From NCBI GenBank assembly GCA_946500895.1, contig CAMMXG010000002.1, positions 6,574 through 70,573 of the forward strand: 64,000 bases of DNA. Direction: 5' to 3'. Below the pieces are notes generated by a model. That model was not told where the DNA came from. It was given only the letters and a program-made list of their open reading frames with translations, and searched no databases. Origin of the DNA: an uncultured Mycoplasma sp. GTDB lineage: Bacteria; Bacillota_I; Bacilli_A; RF39; UBA660. The translations under genes and the position numbers were made by a program. Of the stretch, positions 48,517-57,156 are shown one piece after another; position 1 is the stretch's first letter; each line of letters starts with the position of its first letter.

Positions 48517-48936
48517 TTAAGCTCCTCGTTTTACTTCTTCTATTTCTTTTTGATGTAATTCTTTAATTTTTTCTTCTCTTTCTTTATTTATACGACGATT
48601 TTCTAAAGCTTTCTCAGGGTTGTTCTTTAAAAAATCTTCCATTTCCTTAAATGCTTCCATTATTTCTTCAGGTGAAACTTTAGCAAAATAATCAAAGGCA
48701 TTATCCACTGGTTCTAAAAATTCACCTAGTTCCTCTTCTTTTAGTTTACTTAGGCTTAAAAATTCATCCATGGTAATCCGTCCTCTTTTTATTAAAAGAG
48801 CAGCGCTGGTAAAATAATTTTTATTTTGGAATAAAGCTGATGATGATAATCTATTCATCTCTTCTTTGGTTAATTTTCTTTTGCTAAACTTTAGAATATC
48901 TTTTAAAATCATTAGTTTATATTTCTCTTCGTTCAT
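48517..48936 (-). CDS. Hypothetical 139-aa protein
   Basis: ORF, Lys/Glu-rich; overlaps the upstream ORF by 20 nt. Confidence 0.4.
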   Translation of the reverse strand: MNEEKYKLMILKDILKFSKRKLTKEEMNRLSSSALFQNKNYFTSAALLIKRGRITMDEFLSLSKLKEEELGEFLEPVDNAFDYFAKVSPEEIMEAFKEMEDFLKNNPEKALENRRINKEREEKIKELHQKEIEEVKRGA

Positions 48937-50275
48937 TTCTTTTTCCCCTTATTCTAACTATATTGAATTCTAACTCTTGGGCTTTTTCTAGACTTTCTTC
49001 TAATTTTTCTAAACCAATTTTCTTATTAAAAAAGTCTTTATATGCTTTTAGTAAAGCAACCTCTTTTTCTTTTCTTTCTCTTTCTTCGTTTATTTTCATT
49101 TCTATATCATCTTGATATTTATTTTCTAAGAAACTTAAAAATTCTATTTTTTCTTCACTTGTTTTTAAATCACATAAAATGCACAAATTTTCCGTATCTT
49201 TCCGTACTCGATTATTTCTAAATACTTTTCTTGCTAGTTTTACTACCTTTAAATCTGTTTCATTTAACAAAAATTGTTTACATAATATATTTGTTCTTAT
49301 TCCATTGTTTAAAAAAGCAAATTTTAATTCAATTAGAACTTCTTTTCCTCTTTTTTCATAAATTTTCCATAATTCTTTTACTAATTCATCTTTTAAAACT
49401 AAATTTTTGCTACATATGATCGTGATAAATTCTAAACGTTTTTCTGGTGTAATTCCTTTATCCGTTGCAAGTTTATAATAATAAGAATTTAGAAAATTTT
49501 TCTCTAAGTTATCATTTGTACAAACATAACACATTCTCATATATAAGCTCTTATAAATATCCATCTCTAAATCATTTTCAATTAAAGGAATATCCATGTC
49601 AATAGTGCAAGTAATAATTGTAGCATATAAACTTGTTAAGCCATGCCCGTATAACTCAAAACACTTGATTATTTTTTTAGATTTTGCTTCAATATTTTTG
49701 ATTTCTACATTTTCTTTTAACATGTTTATTATATTTTGCTTTAATAAGTTTAAAATATTGTTGCGACTCTTTAAAGGCATATTTCGGTCTAATAAATACT
49801 TAAAATACCAATTGTAGTGAATTAAAGGCGTATTTATACTCTCCCAAAATACTTTATGAAAAAATTGTAATTCCTCTAATTTGGGATACTCTTGCTCATA
49901 AATAAATCTTAACCATTTTATATATAAACTATCTATTACAATATTTTCTGGTAATTTACTTACAAACTCTAAAATCATTTTCCATTCTTCTTTATTAAAA
50001 TTCATTTTATTTAAATAGCTTTTTATTAAGGGATGATTATTTAAACATAAGAAAAAATTCCAAGAAATTCTTTTTTGGTAAGCTTTTTCTAAAATATTTA
50101 ATAATTCATCATCATTTATATTTCCTTTTTGAAATAAAGTTTTTATTTGAATTACCCTTTTAGTATTTATCTCACCATCTTGTTCTACTATTTTTAAAAC
50201 TCTTCTTAAGGTATCAACATTTACTGAAGTTTCTCTTGCTGTTTTAATGATTTCTAATAGTTCTTTATTTGTCAT
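48917..50275 (-). CDS. Hypothetical 452-aa protein
   Basis: Long ORF, helical and repeat-like by eye; no family recognised. Confidence 0.5.
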   Translation of the reverse strand: MTNKELLEIIKTARETSVNVDTLRRVLKIVEQDGEINTKRVIQIKTLFQKGNINDDELLNILEKAYQKRISWNFFLCLNNHPLIKSYLNKMNFNKEEWKMILEFVSKLPENIVIDSLYIKWLRFIYEQEYPKLEELQFFHKVFWESINTPLIHYNWYFKYLLDRNMPLKSRNNILNLLKQNIINMLKENVEIKNIEAKSKKIIKCFELYGHGLTSLYATIITCTIDMDIPLIENDLEMDIYKSLYMRMCYVCTNDNLEKNFLNSYYYKLATDKGITPEKRLEFITIICSKNLVLKDELVKELWKIYEKRGKEVLIELKFAFLNNGIRTNILCKQFLLNETDLKVVKLARKVFRNNRVRKDTENLCILCDLKTSEEKIEFLSFLENKYQDDIEMKINEERERKEKEVALLKAYKDFFNKKIGLEKLEESLEKAQELEFNIVRIRGKRNERREI

Positions 50276-50347
50276 AAACCATCACCCTTAAAAATATATT
50301 ACTATAAAGGAATTTCTTTGTCAAAAGAAAAAAGAGGTGAAGCCTCT

Positions 50348-50473
50348 TTAATAATATAAAAATCCGCCAAAGATAATTGCTAAAAGAATAAATAAAACAA
50401 TTATTAAGAATGCGCTACTTTGAAGTCCGCATCCCCCATTATTAGAAGGACACTTATCTTTACAACATCCCAT
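50348..50473 (-). CDS. YjcZ-like tiny membrane (sporulation-associated) peptide, 41 aa
   Basis: GGAGG RBS, then MGCCKDKCPSNNGGCGLQSSAFLIIVLFILLAIIFGGFLYY. Below the ORF-track length cut-off. Confidence 0.55.
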   Translation of the reverse strand: MGCCKDKCPSNNGGCGLQSSAFLIIVLFILLAIIFGGFLYY

Positions 50474-50500
50474 GGGACACCTCCTTAAGTTTACAAAAGA

Positions 50501-50593
50501 CTAAATGAATGCTCCTACTATGATGACTAATAGGATAAATAATACTAAGATCATAGCAGCACTTAAGCCAGCACCGCATCCGCAGTTATTCAT
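50501..50593 (-). CDS. YjcZ-like tiny membrane peptide, 30 aa
   Basis: GGAGGAA RBS, then MNNCGCGAGLSAAMILVLFILLVIIVGAFI. Confidence 0.55.
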   Translation of the reverse strand: MNNCGCGAGLSAAMILVLFILLVIIVGAFI

Positions 50594-50781
50594 AAATCAT
50601 TCCTCCTTTATTTGTCTTTTCACTTATATATTATGGTTAAGACTCAAATTGGTGCGGGATAAAAACCCAATTATAATTTACTTTTCTTATTCTATTTTTT
50701 AGGAAAATGCTGATTTATCTTTGCTTTTTTCTTGTAATTTTCATATTTAGTTGCTATAATTCTTATTAGGAGGAAATATTA

Positions 50782-51807
50782 ATGAAGAAAAAAGTATTGA
50801 TTTTAGGAGTATGCAGTCTACTTCTATGTGGTTGTGGTAAAATACCGACATTATCTAACGGAGATGAGGCTGTTGTAACATTTAAAGATGGTGAAATGAT
50901 TAGTGCTAATGAGTTTTATGAGGAAATTAAAAATAGCTTTGGTCTAGATACTTTATTAAATATGATTGATAAATATATCTTTGAAGCAGAATTTCCTGAT
51001 GAAATAGAAAATGGAGAAGCTTATGCAGAAGCTGCAATTGATCAGCTTAGAACTAGTTATGGCTCAGATGAAGAACTATTAAGCGCTCTTCAATATTATG
51101 GCTATCAAACTGTTGAAGCTTATCAAAATTTTGTCTATATTAGTTATATGCAAAATGTAGCAATTGAAGATTATGTTCGTAATAATATCACTGATGAAGA
51201 GTTACAGGATTATTACGATAATGATGTTTTTCCTGATATGACTATTTCCCATATATTAATCACACCTGATGTTACTGATGATATGAGCGATGAAGAACAA
51301 GAAGAAGCTGAAACAGCAGCTCAAGATACTGTAGAAAGTATTATTGACCAGTTAAATGAAGCAAAGGATAATGGTGAGGATATCGAAAGTGTATTTGCTA
51401 GTTTAGCAGAAGAATATTCAGAAGATGATGATACCAAAGATGATGGTGGTAATCTTGGAGAAATTAACATTGGCGACTTAGATAGTAATTATGATGAGCT
51501 TATTAGAGCTGCTAGTGAACTTGAAGATGGAGAATATTCAACTGAAGTTATTACTACTGAACTTGGATATCATGTTATTTTAAAAAAGGCTACTGGTGAG
51601 AAAGCAAGTTATGATGATTCTTTAGAAGATATGAAGGATGCTATTACTCAAGATAAATTAAGTGAAGATCAATCATTAATGGTAGATGCTATTCGTTATT
51701 ATCGTGATTTATATGAACTTGATATCGTTGATAGTGAAATGGATAGTCAATATAGTATTTATATGAATAATTTAATTAATACTTATTCTAGTAGTACAAC
51801 AGAATAA
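50782..51807 (+). CDS. prsA: PrsA-like foldase lipoprotein (parvulin PPIase)
   Basis: Lipobox LLLCGC, ISHILI...GGNLG parvulin-type segment and an acidic linker. Confidence 0.7.
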   Translation: MKKKVLILGVCSLLLCGCGKIPTLSNGDEAVVTFKDGEMISANEFYEEIKNSFGLDTLLNMIDKYIFEAEFPDEIENGEAYAEAAIDQLRTSYGSDEELLSALQYYGYQTVEAYQNFVYISYMQNVAIEDYVRNNITDEELQDYYDNDVFPDMTISHILITPDVTDDMSDEEQEEAETAAQDTVESIIDQLNEAKDNGEDIESVFASLAEEYSEDDDTKDDGGNLGEINIGDLDSNYDELIRAASELEDGEYSTEVITTELGYHVILKKATGEKASYDDSLEDMKDAITQDKLSEDQSLMVDAIRYYRDLYELDIVDSEMDSQYSIYMNNLINTYSSSTTE

Positions 51808-51868
51808 AAATTAGTTCTAGAATATAGCAAGGAGCAAAATAGTTTTTGCCCCTTTTTATTTGTTCTAA

Positions 51869-52831
51869 TTATTTTTTCATTACTATTTTTATAGTTATAG
51901 CACCCCTTTTTATATCTAAATTACAATATGCACCGATTGGAATTGTAAACATAGGATTGGTGTGTCCAAAATCAGCTCCATATACAATTGGAATATTTTT
52001 TAATTTTTTCTTATTTGCAATTATTGCTTTTAACTTATCAATATTCATATTGCTACATAGCTGGAATCTACCAAAAACAATTCCCTTTATTTTACAATTA
52101 GGTAGTTGTAATAGTGATTCTAAGTTTCTATCAAATTCTAATAAAAATACATCATTTTCTAAATCATCAGCATCATCTTCTAAAAACAATATACTATTAT
52201 TTAAATCAGGCATATACTCTGTACCTTGTAATAAATTCATAGTACATAAATTTCCACCAATAATTTTGCCAAAAGATTTTCCATTTTGAATTGGTATCAT
52301 ACCATCGTTTTTTATGGTAATTTCTTTTATTTTACCATTTATTTTTTTATAATCGTATATTTTTGGGGATGAATTAATTGTAAAATCTTTATCTTTTAAT
52401 ATTTTTTCAAAATACTTTAGAGTATATTCATTATCAGAGCTAAAGCCATCTAACATTGGACCATAATATGTAGTTAGATTGGCTTTTTTCATGATTGCAA
52501 TTAATAAAGCGGTAATATCTGAATAACCAATTAATATTTTGGGATTTTGTTTAATCTTTTTATAATCAATATATGGAAGAATTTGATTTACATTATACCC
52601 TCCATTGGCACACAAAATTATTTCAACATTTTTATCTAAAAAAGCATCCATTAAATCTGCAACTCTATTTTCTATACTAGAACAACCAAGATAAGGATCT
52701 TTATCAAACACAAATTTTCCTATTGTTAAAGTATATCCTAAGCTTTTAAAATATTTCCCGGCTTTTATTATTTTCGCTTTATCTTTTTCAGATAAACTCA
52801 TTGATGGCGCTATTAATCTAACTTCTTTCAT
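51869..52831 (-). CDS. S66-family LD-carboxypeptidase (LdcA/MccF-like)
   Basis: ILCANGGYN and IGYSDITAL; C-terminal GADFGH. Confidence 0.75.
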   Translation of the reverse strand: MKEVRLIAPSMSLSEKDKAKIIKAGKYFKSLGYTLTIGKFVFDKDPYLGCSSIENRVADLMDAFLDKNVEIILCANGGYNVNQILPYIDYKKIKQNPKILIGYSDITALLIAIMKKANLTTYYGPMLDGFSSDNEYTLKYFEKILKDKDFTINSSPKIYDYKKINGKIKEITIKNDGMIPIQNGKSFGKIIGGNLCTMNLLQGTEYMPDLNNSILFLEDDADDLENDVFLLEFDRNLESLLQLPNCKIKGIVFGRFQLCSNMNIDKLKAIIANKKKLKNIPIVYGADFGHTNPMFTIPIGAYCNLDIKRGAITIKIVMKK

Positions 52832-54293
52832 ATTTCATCTCTTTTCTAAATAGTTTTAATTGCCTTTCAGTGGAATTTATTATTTGTTGAGCTCTTCTCA
52901 TATTACTCATCTTTATATCATTTAATATTTGTTTTATATTTCGATTAGAAAGCAAACATCCACATGTGTCTAACGTATAATAAATAAGTCTGTCATTTAA
53001 TGATATATATTCACAAAGTAAGTTAAATAAGTCATTTTTAAAATCAGAAAAATAACCTTCATACTTAAGATAAGATTCTTTAATTAAGCTAATGATATTT
53101 ATTTTCAAATATAATTCTTCTAAATAATCTTTCGAACTATCAACATTATAGCTATCTACTATACTCTTATCTAATTTTCTGTATCTTTCTTGAAATTCTA
53201 AATTTGTTGCAAATTTTTCTAGATTTTCATCACTAAAAAGATAATCTAATCTTGCTTTTAAGGCTTTCTTCCACTTATCTACTTGTATTTTATTTTTTTC
53301 ATCTTTCATTACTTCTTTTTTGGTAAAATTATTAATGGTATTTTCTTCTTCAGGTTTTAATTCAGGTGTGATTTCTCTCTTCGTTAAGGATTGAATCGTA
53401 CTTTTAATGTTTGCTAGAAGCATATCATTTGTGATAGTATTGTTATTTTTGACTTTATTATATTCATTGACTAATGACACTAATTTGGTGACATCAGCTT
53501 TTTCAGATTCTTTCGTTATTTGTAAACATAATTCATCAATAAATAAATATGTTTCTCCAAATACATCAATTCTATCTTCATCTATTAAAAATAAACTATT
53601 CGGTTTACAAGCAAAAAAAACACATTTCTTACTATCTGGCTTCAAGTTATTTTCAATAAATTCTCTGTTTTTTTGTAGGGTTGCATCATTCGGGCAAAAA
53701 TCTGTTTCCATCGTAATAGGATTTAAACCTAAGGACTGAATATTTAAAGGATATATATAAGGATCTTTTCCGTAATAATAACTATCATATGTGCCACCAT
53801 ATATTCTTTCTGCAGACATTACACTTCCTGAACAAATCGAAGAAACTAATATATTTTTATTGCTGATTAGTTCATTTAGTTTCATCCCTTGTTCTTCTAA
53901 AGCATAAATAATACTGGCAAATATACTATCAGCACCAATTCCTAAAAATAATAAATCACATTGTTCTAAGTGTGGTAATCCCTCATTTATATTGTCAATA
54001 TCTATTACTGTTAAGTTGCTTTTATTTAATGATTCATATCCTAAGTTATTTAGATAATAGTTATATGCACTTATATATAGCTTTGCTCTACTTATATTTT
54101 CCTCTTTAGAATATCCACCAATATATACTATTTTTATGTCACTTAAATTGCCTTTTATTTTTAATAATTCTCCAAATAAAGATACATATTTTCTTAAAAA
54201 TATATTATTAATTAAATCTTTGTTTACTCTTGGATTTCCTCCACTAGTGATAATGGTTGGATAGCTTGCAGCTATCATAATATTTCTTTTCAT
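52818..54293 (-). CDS. Hypothetical protein; N-terminal part weakly S51/class-I-glutamine-amidotransferase-like
   Basis: LLFLGIGADSIF..II.ALEEQG....L......LVSSICSGSVM faintly resembles the peptidase S51 layout. C-terminal 200 aa unknown. Likely start MKRNIMI at 54293. Confidence 0.3.
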   Translation of the reverse strand: MKRNIMIAASYPTIITSGGNPRVNKDLINNIFLRKYVSLFGELLKIKGNLSDIKIVYIGGYSKEENISRAKLYISAYNYYLNNLGYESLNKSNLTVIDIDNINEGLPHLEQCDLLFLGIGADSIFASIIYALEEQGMKLNELISNKNILVSSICSGSVMSAERIYGGTYDSYYYGKDPYIYPLNIQSLGLNPITMETDFCPNDATLQKNREFIENNLKPDSKKCVFFACKPNSLFLIDEDRIDVFGETYLFIDELCLQITKESEKADVTKLVSLVNEYNKVKNNNTITNDMLLANIKSTIQSLTKREITPELKPEEENTINNFTKKEVMKDEKNKIQVDKWKKALKARLDYLFSDENLEKFATNLEFQERYRKLDKSIVDSYNVDSSKDYLEELYLKINIISLIKESYLKYEGYFSDFKNDLFNLLCEYISLNDRLIYYTLDTCGCLLSNRNIKQILNDIKMSNMRRAQQIINSTERQLKLFRKEMKYERS

Positions 54294-54350
54294 AATTAAC
54301 ATCTCTCTTTCATATTATATTTTTTAGTGATGCTAATTACCTAAAACAAA

Positions 54351-54378
54351 AAACTATACAGTTTTACCTGTATAGTTT
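54351..54378 (-). terminator. Rho-independent terminator, part of the candidate attenuator
   Basis: AAACTATACAG-gtaaaa-CTGTATAGTTT followed by TTTGTTTT on the minus strand. Confidence 0.75.
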
Positions 54379-54437
54379 TATTCTATTATCATACAGGCAA
54401 CAAGCACCACAAATAGCACTTGTGCCTACGATCAATT

Positions 54438-54506
54438 TTAATGTCGTATTAACAAGTGCAGACTATTATGATGATGTTGTCTAACTATATTATTTTTTAT
54501 TAACAT
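54438..54506 (-). CDS. Candidate 22-aa His-rich leader peptide
   Basis: AAGGGAAGGGA RBS, then MLIKNNIVRQHHHNSLHLLIRH. Three consecutive CAT codons at 54476-54468. The ORF overlaps attenuator segment 1. Confidence 0.35.
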   Translation of the reverse strand: MLIKNNIVRQHHHNSLHLLIRH

Positions 54507-54537
54507 AATAATCCCTTCCCTTTTAAAAATTACCTAG

Positions 54538-54566
54538 ATTTTATCATACTAACTTTAGCTTGTCAA
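54538..54566 (-). promoter_or_regulatory. Consensus-like sigma-A promoter (TTGACA-N17-TAAAAT)
   Basis: On the minus strand TTGACA is at 54566-54561 and TAAAAT at 54543-54538, with an exact 17-nt spacer, just after the recX stop. Confidence 0.6.
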
Positions 54567-54587
54567 ATTAAAATATATTATTTAACT

Positions 54588-55346
54588 CTATTTTATATAT
54601 TCATCAATATTAATATTAATATATCCTTTCGAATATAAATAAGCTTTTATCTTCATTTTTGTTGTATATAAATCATATTTGTTTATGTATTTATTATATA
54701 ATTTATTGATTATTTTAGCTATTTCTTCTTCATTATCTTCTATTTCTAAAGTATTTAAATATCTAGTAATATCTTCTTTATTAAATCCTTTATTTATTAA
54801 ATCAAGGGTTATTTTTTTTATGAATTCATTCGCACTTTTCTTATTTGCCTTTAACTTCTTGTCAATGTATTTCTTTATCTTTTCATTATAAATACTTTTA
54901 TCTATTTTATCTAGTTCTTCTTTTATCTCTTTATTATGAAAACCAAGATTTTCTAAATCTTTTAATATTTTATTTTCGCCAACTATATTTAAAGTTAAGG
55001 CATCATGAATATAAGCTTCTATATACACTTTATGATTTAAATAGCCTTCTTCATTTAATCTTTTTAAAGCATAATCTATTTCACTTGATTGATACCCTTT
55101 CTTTTTTAGAATATCTCTTAACTCTTTTTCACTTCTTAATTTGGTATTAATCGCTTTTAATCCTTCATAATAAGATTTAAGAGTATTATTTTCTTTTAGA
55201 ATTGTATCCCATTCTTTTTTAGATATTTCTTTTTTTAATAATAATTCATATTTAATAATGATATCATCATATAAAATATATTCTTTTTCATCTGTTAAAA
55301 TTTTGTATTCGTTTCTTTTTCCTTTTTTGTATTTTAATATCTTCAT
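54588..55346 (-). CDS. recX: Recombination regulator RecX
   Basis: Three-repeat helical layout, KGYQSSEIDYALKRLNEEGYLNHKVYIEAYI. Confidence 0.65.
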   Translation of the reverse strand: MKILKYKKGKRNEYKILTDEKEYILYDDIIIKYELLLKKEISKKEWDTILKENNTLKSYYEGLKAINTKLRSEKELRDILKKKGYQSSEIDYALKRLNEEGYLNHKVYIEAYIHDALTLNIVGENKILKDLENLGFHNKEIKEELDKIDKSIYNEKIKKYIDKKLKANKKSANEFIKKITLDLINKGFNKEDITRYLNTLEIEDNEEEIAKIINKLYNKYINKYDLYTTKMKIKAYLYSKGYININIDEYIK

Positions 55347-55425
55347 ATGTTCTCCTTTACTAAACTAAGTATAGCACAAAAACATATGTTTGTTCAAGAA
55401 AAAAAGAGATTAAATATCTCTTTGA

Positions 55426-57156
55426 TTAAGCAATACGATATGGATCTGTACTTGTTCCTGAACCTGATAAGTTGAGGTCAGCACGTAGGTTGATGACAGG
55501 GCGTATATCTAAAGTATCTCGCATGTCTCCAAAATCAAAATTTCCAATATAATTCATAGTAAAGCCAGTGGCTGTAGGATACGAGTAAGGGGTTATTGTC
55601 CAATAATCTGTTTCCGTATATAAATAGAATTGATTATTAATAGTATTTTGCACTCCTCCGGCATATGCTATTTCATCTGCAGTAATTAATCCGATTGGAT
55701 ATTGTAATGATTTATTTCCGTTTGCACTTCCGGTTGTTGTGAACAAATCACTACTATTACTACATTCAAAACTTGGTTGTTTATTATTTACTAATCGATT
55801 ATATGCTGCATAATATGTTGTACTTGTTCCTATTCCACTTCCACTGTATAGTGTTCTATCATTACAAAATCCTGCATTTCCATCTATTTTGTTTGCCTCA
55901 TTCATCAAATTATTTTGAAACCATGTATCCAACACTCCTTTGATGGTACTATTACTAGTTAAACCATGTACTTGCTCATTTTGATACATGTATCCTACAT
56001 ACATATTATTATTATTTGCAGAGTTAAATGAGCTTGTTCCAATTGATGCGTTTGAAGCATTTGTATTTGTGCTTGTTCCTTGGTATATCATTCTGATTGT
56101 TCCATCTTCATTGATGCGTATTATCCGCCAATAGAATCCTCCAAATTGTACCCAGTTATCGGTTGGATTTCCTGCAAAATAGTAGGTTCTTCCTTTTGAT
56201 GTATCTTCATAGTAAATGGTTCCTGTTGTAGTATTTGTTAAGGTTGTACTAAAGTCGTCTCTTGTGAGTTTCGTTGGGTAATTTACTAATATGGTTTCTC
56301 CTGCTGTTGGTACATGTTCATCAAAATACAATGTACATTCTGTATTAGTTGTGTTTAAGTTTGATACATATATTTGTTCTTCTTCACTATCCCATCCGAT
56401 ACTGGCATTATTATTACATGTACTCTCTTCTGTATTTAATGTATATCCCTCTTCTGGGATATTTGTAGCTTTTTGATATTCACCATTATTTTCAATGTAA
56501 ATTCCTGCTATAGTTAAATCACTTGTAACTTCATTTTCTTCGATTGTGATTTCACCACTAAATGTGCCTCCTATATCTATATTTTGACTTTCATCTAAAT
56601 TTGGATATTCTAATATGACATAATAATATACTACTTCTCCATCTAAACTTGATGTTATAAATTCATCTGGTATTAATGTTACTTTTGTGTTTCCATTTTC
56701 TATTGTTCCTGTTGATATAATACTTCCTAAAGCATCTATATTACTTATACTACATTCTTCATAATAGATTTTACTCGCTCCCATATTTCCTATTACTTTA
56801 TTACAACTGGCACTTACATCCATTTCACTTGTTGTTTTATATACGGTATAATTAATAGGAGTATTTAAAGTATTGGTTCCTTCCCATATGACATTATAGG
56901 GAATTAAAACGTTATCTCCTGTTGCTGTTAATTTAATACTTGATACATTTTGGTGTCCTGGATAAACATCTAAATCATTAAATGATAAAGAGCCTTCTAC
57001 TATTAATTCTGAACCCTTTATAGTAGCAGTAGAAGCTTCTATTTCTGTTCCACTTCCACCTACAAAACTAGAAGCAGCAAAATATGCTAGAGATACTCCT
57101 ATTACTACTAATAAACAACTTACTATGATTATTAATTTTTTATTCTTCTCTTTCAT
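55426..57156 (-). CDS. Surface-protein paralog 5
   Basis: 576 aa. Core TGTIYYEDTSKGRTYYFAGNPTDNWVQFGGFYWRIIRINEDGTIRMIYQG, NAGFCNDR, LQYPIGLITADEIAYAGG and YWTITP...IRPVINL. Its start overlaps the stop of paralog 4 (TAATG). Confidence 0.8.
   Translation of the reverse strand: MKEKNKKLIIIVSCLLVVIGVSLAYFAASSFVGGSGTEIEASTATIKGSELIVEGSLSFNDLDVYPGHQNVSSIKLTATGDNVLIPYNVIWEGTNTLNTPINYTVYKTTSEMDVSASCNKVIGNMGASKIYYEECSISNIDALGSIISTGTIENGNTKVTLIPDEFITSSLDGEVVYYYVILEYPNLDESQNIDIGGTFSGEITIEENEVTSDLTIAGIYIENNGEYQKATNIPEEGYTLNTEESTCNNNASIGWDSEEEQIYVSNLNTTNTECTLYFDEHVPTAGETILVNYPTKLTRDDFSTTLTNTTTGTIYYEDTSKGRTYYFAGNPTDNWVQFGGFYWRIIRINEDGTIRMIYQGTSTNTNASNASIGTSSFNSANNNNMYVGYMYQNEQVHGLTSNSTIKGVLDTWFQNNLMNEANKIDGNAGFCNDRTLYSGSGIGTSTTYYAAYNRLVNNKQPSFECSNSSDLFTTTGSANGNKSLQYPIGLITADEIAYAGGVQNTINNQFYLYTETDYWTITPYSYPTATGFTMNYIGNFDFGDMRDTLDIRPVINLRADLNLSGSGTSTDPYRIA

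Noticed and set aside
51846-52289. Plus-strand ORFs lying antisense inside long minus-strand genes. Examples: 339-713, 2035-2283, 5138-5455, 13476-13727, 20931-21209, 31961-32206, 39717-40127, 51846-52289, 53407-53739, 58097-58420, 62711-63085.
   Set aside because: They are low-complexity Leu/Phe/Ile/Ser-rich shadow frames of AT-rich coding regions. They lack RBSs and fully overlap genes with clear family motifs.
54380-54440. An alternative-frame Cys-rich peptide (MIVGTSAICGACCLYDNRIKLYR from a TTG) as a RiPP precursor next to the MccF-like peptidase.
   Set aside because: It has no RBS and only a TTG start. It lies entirely within the attenuator helices and terminator. No modification enzyme (radical SAM, LanM, ThiF-like) is nearby.
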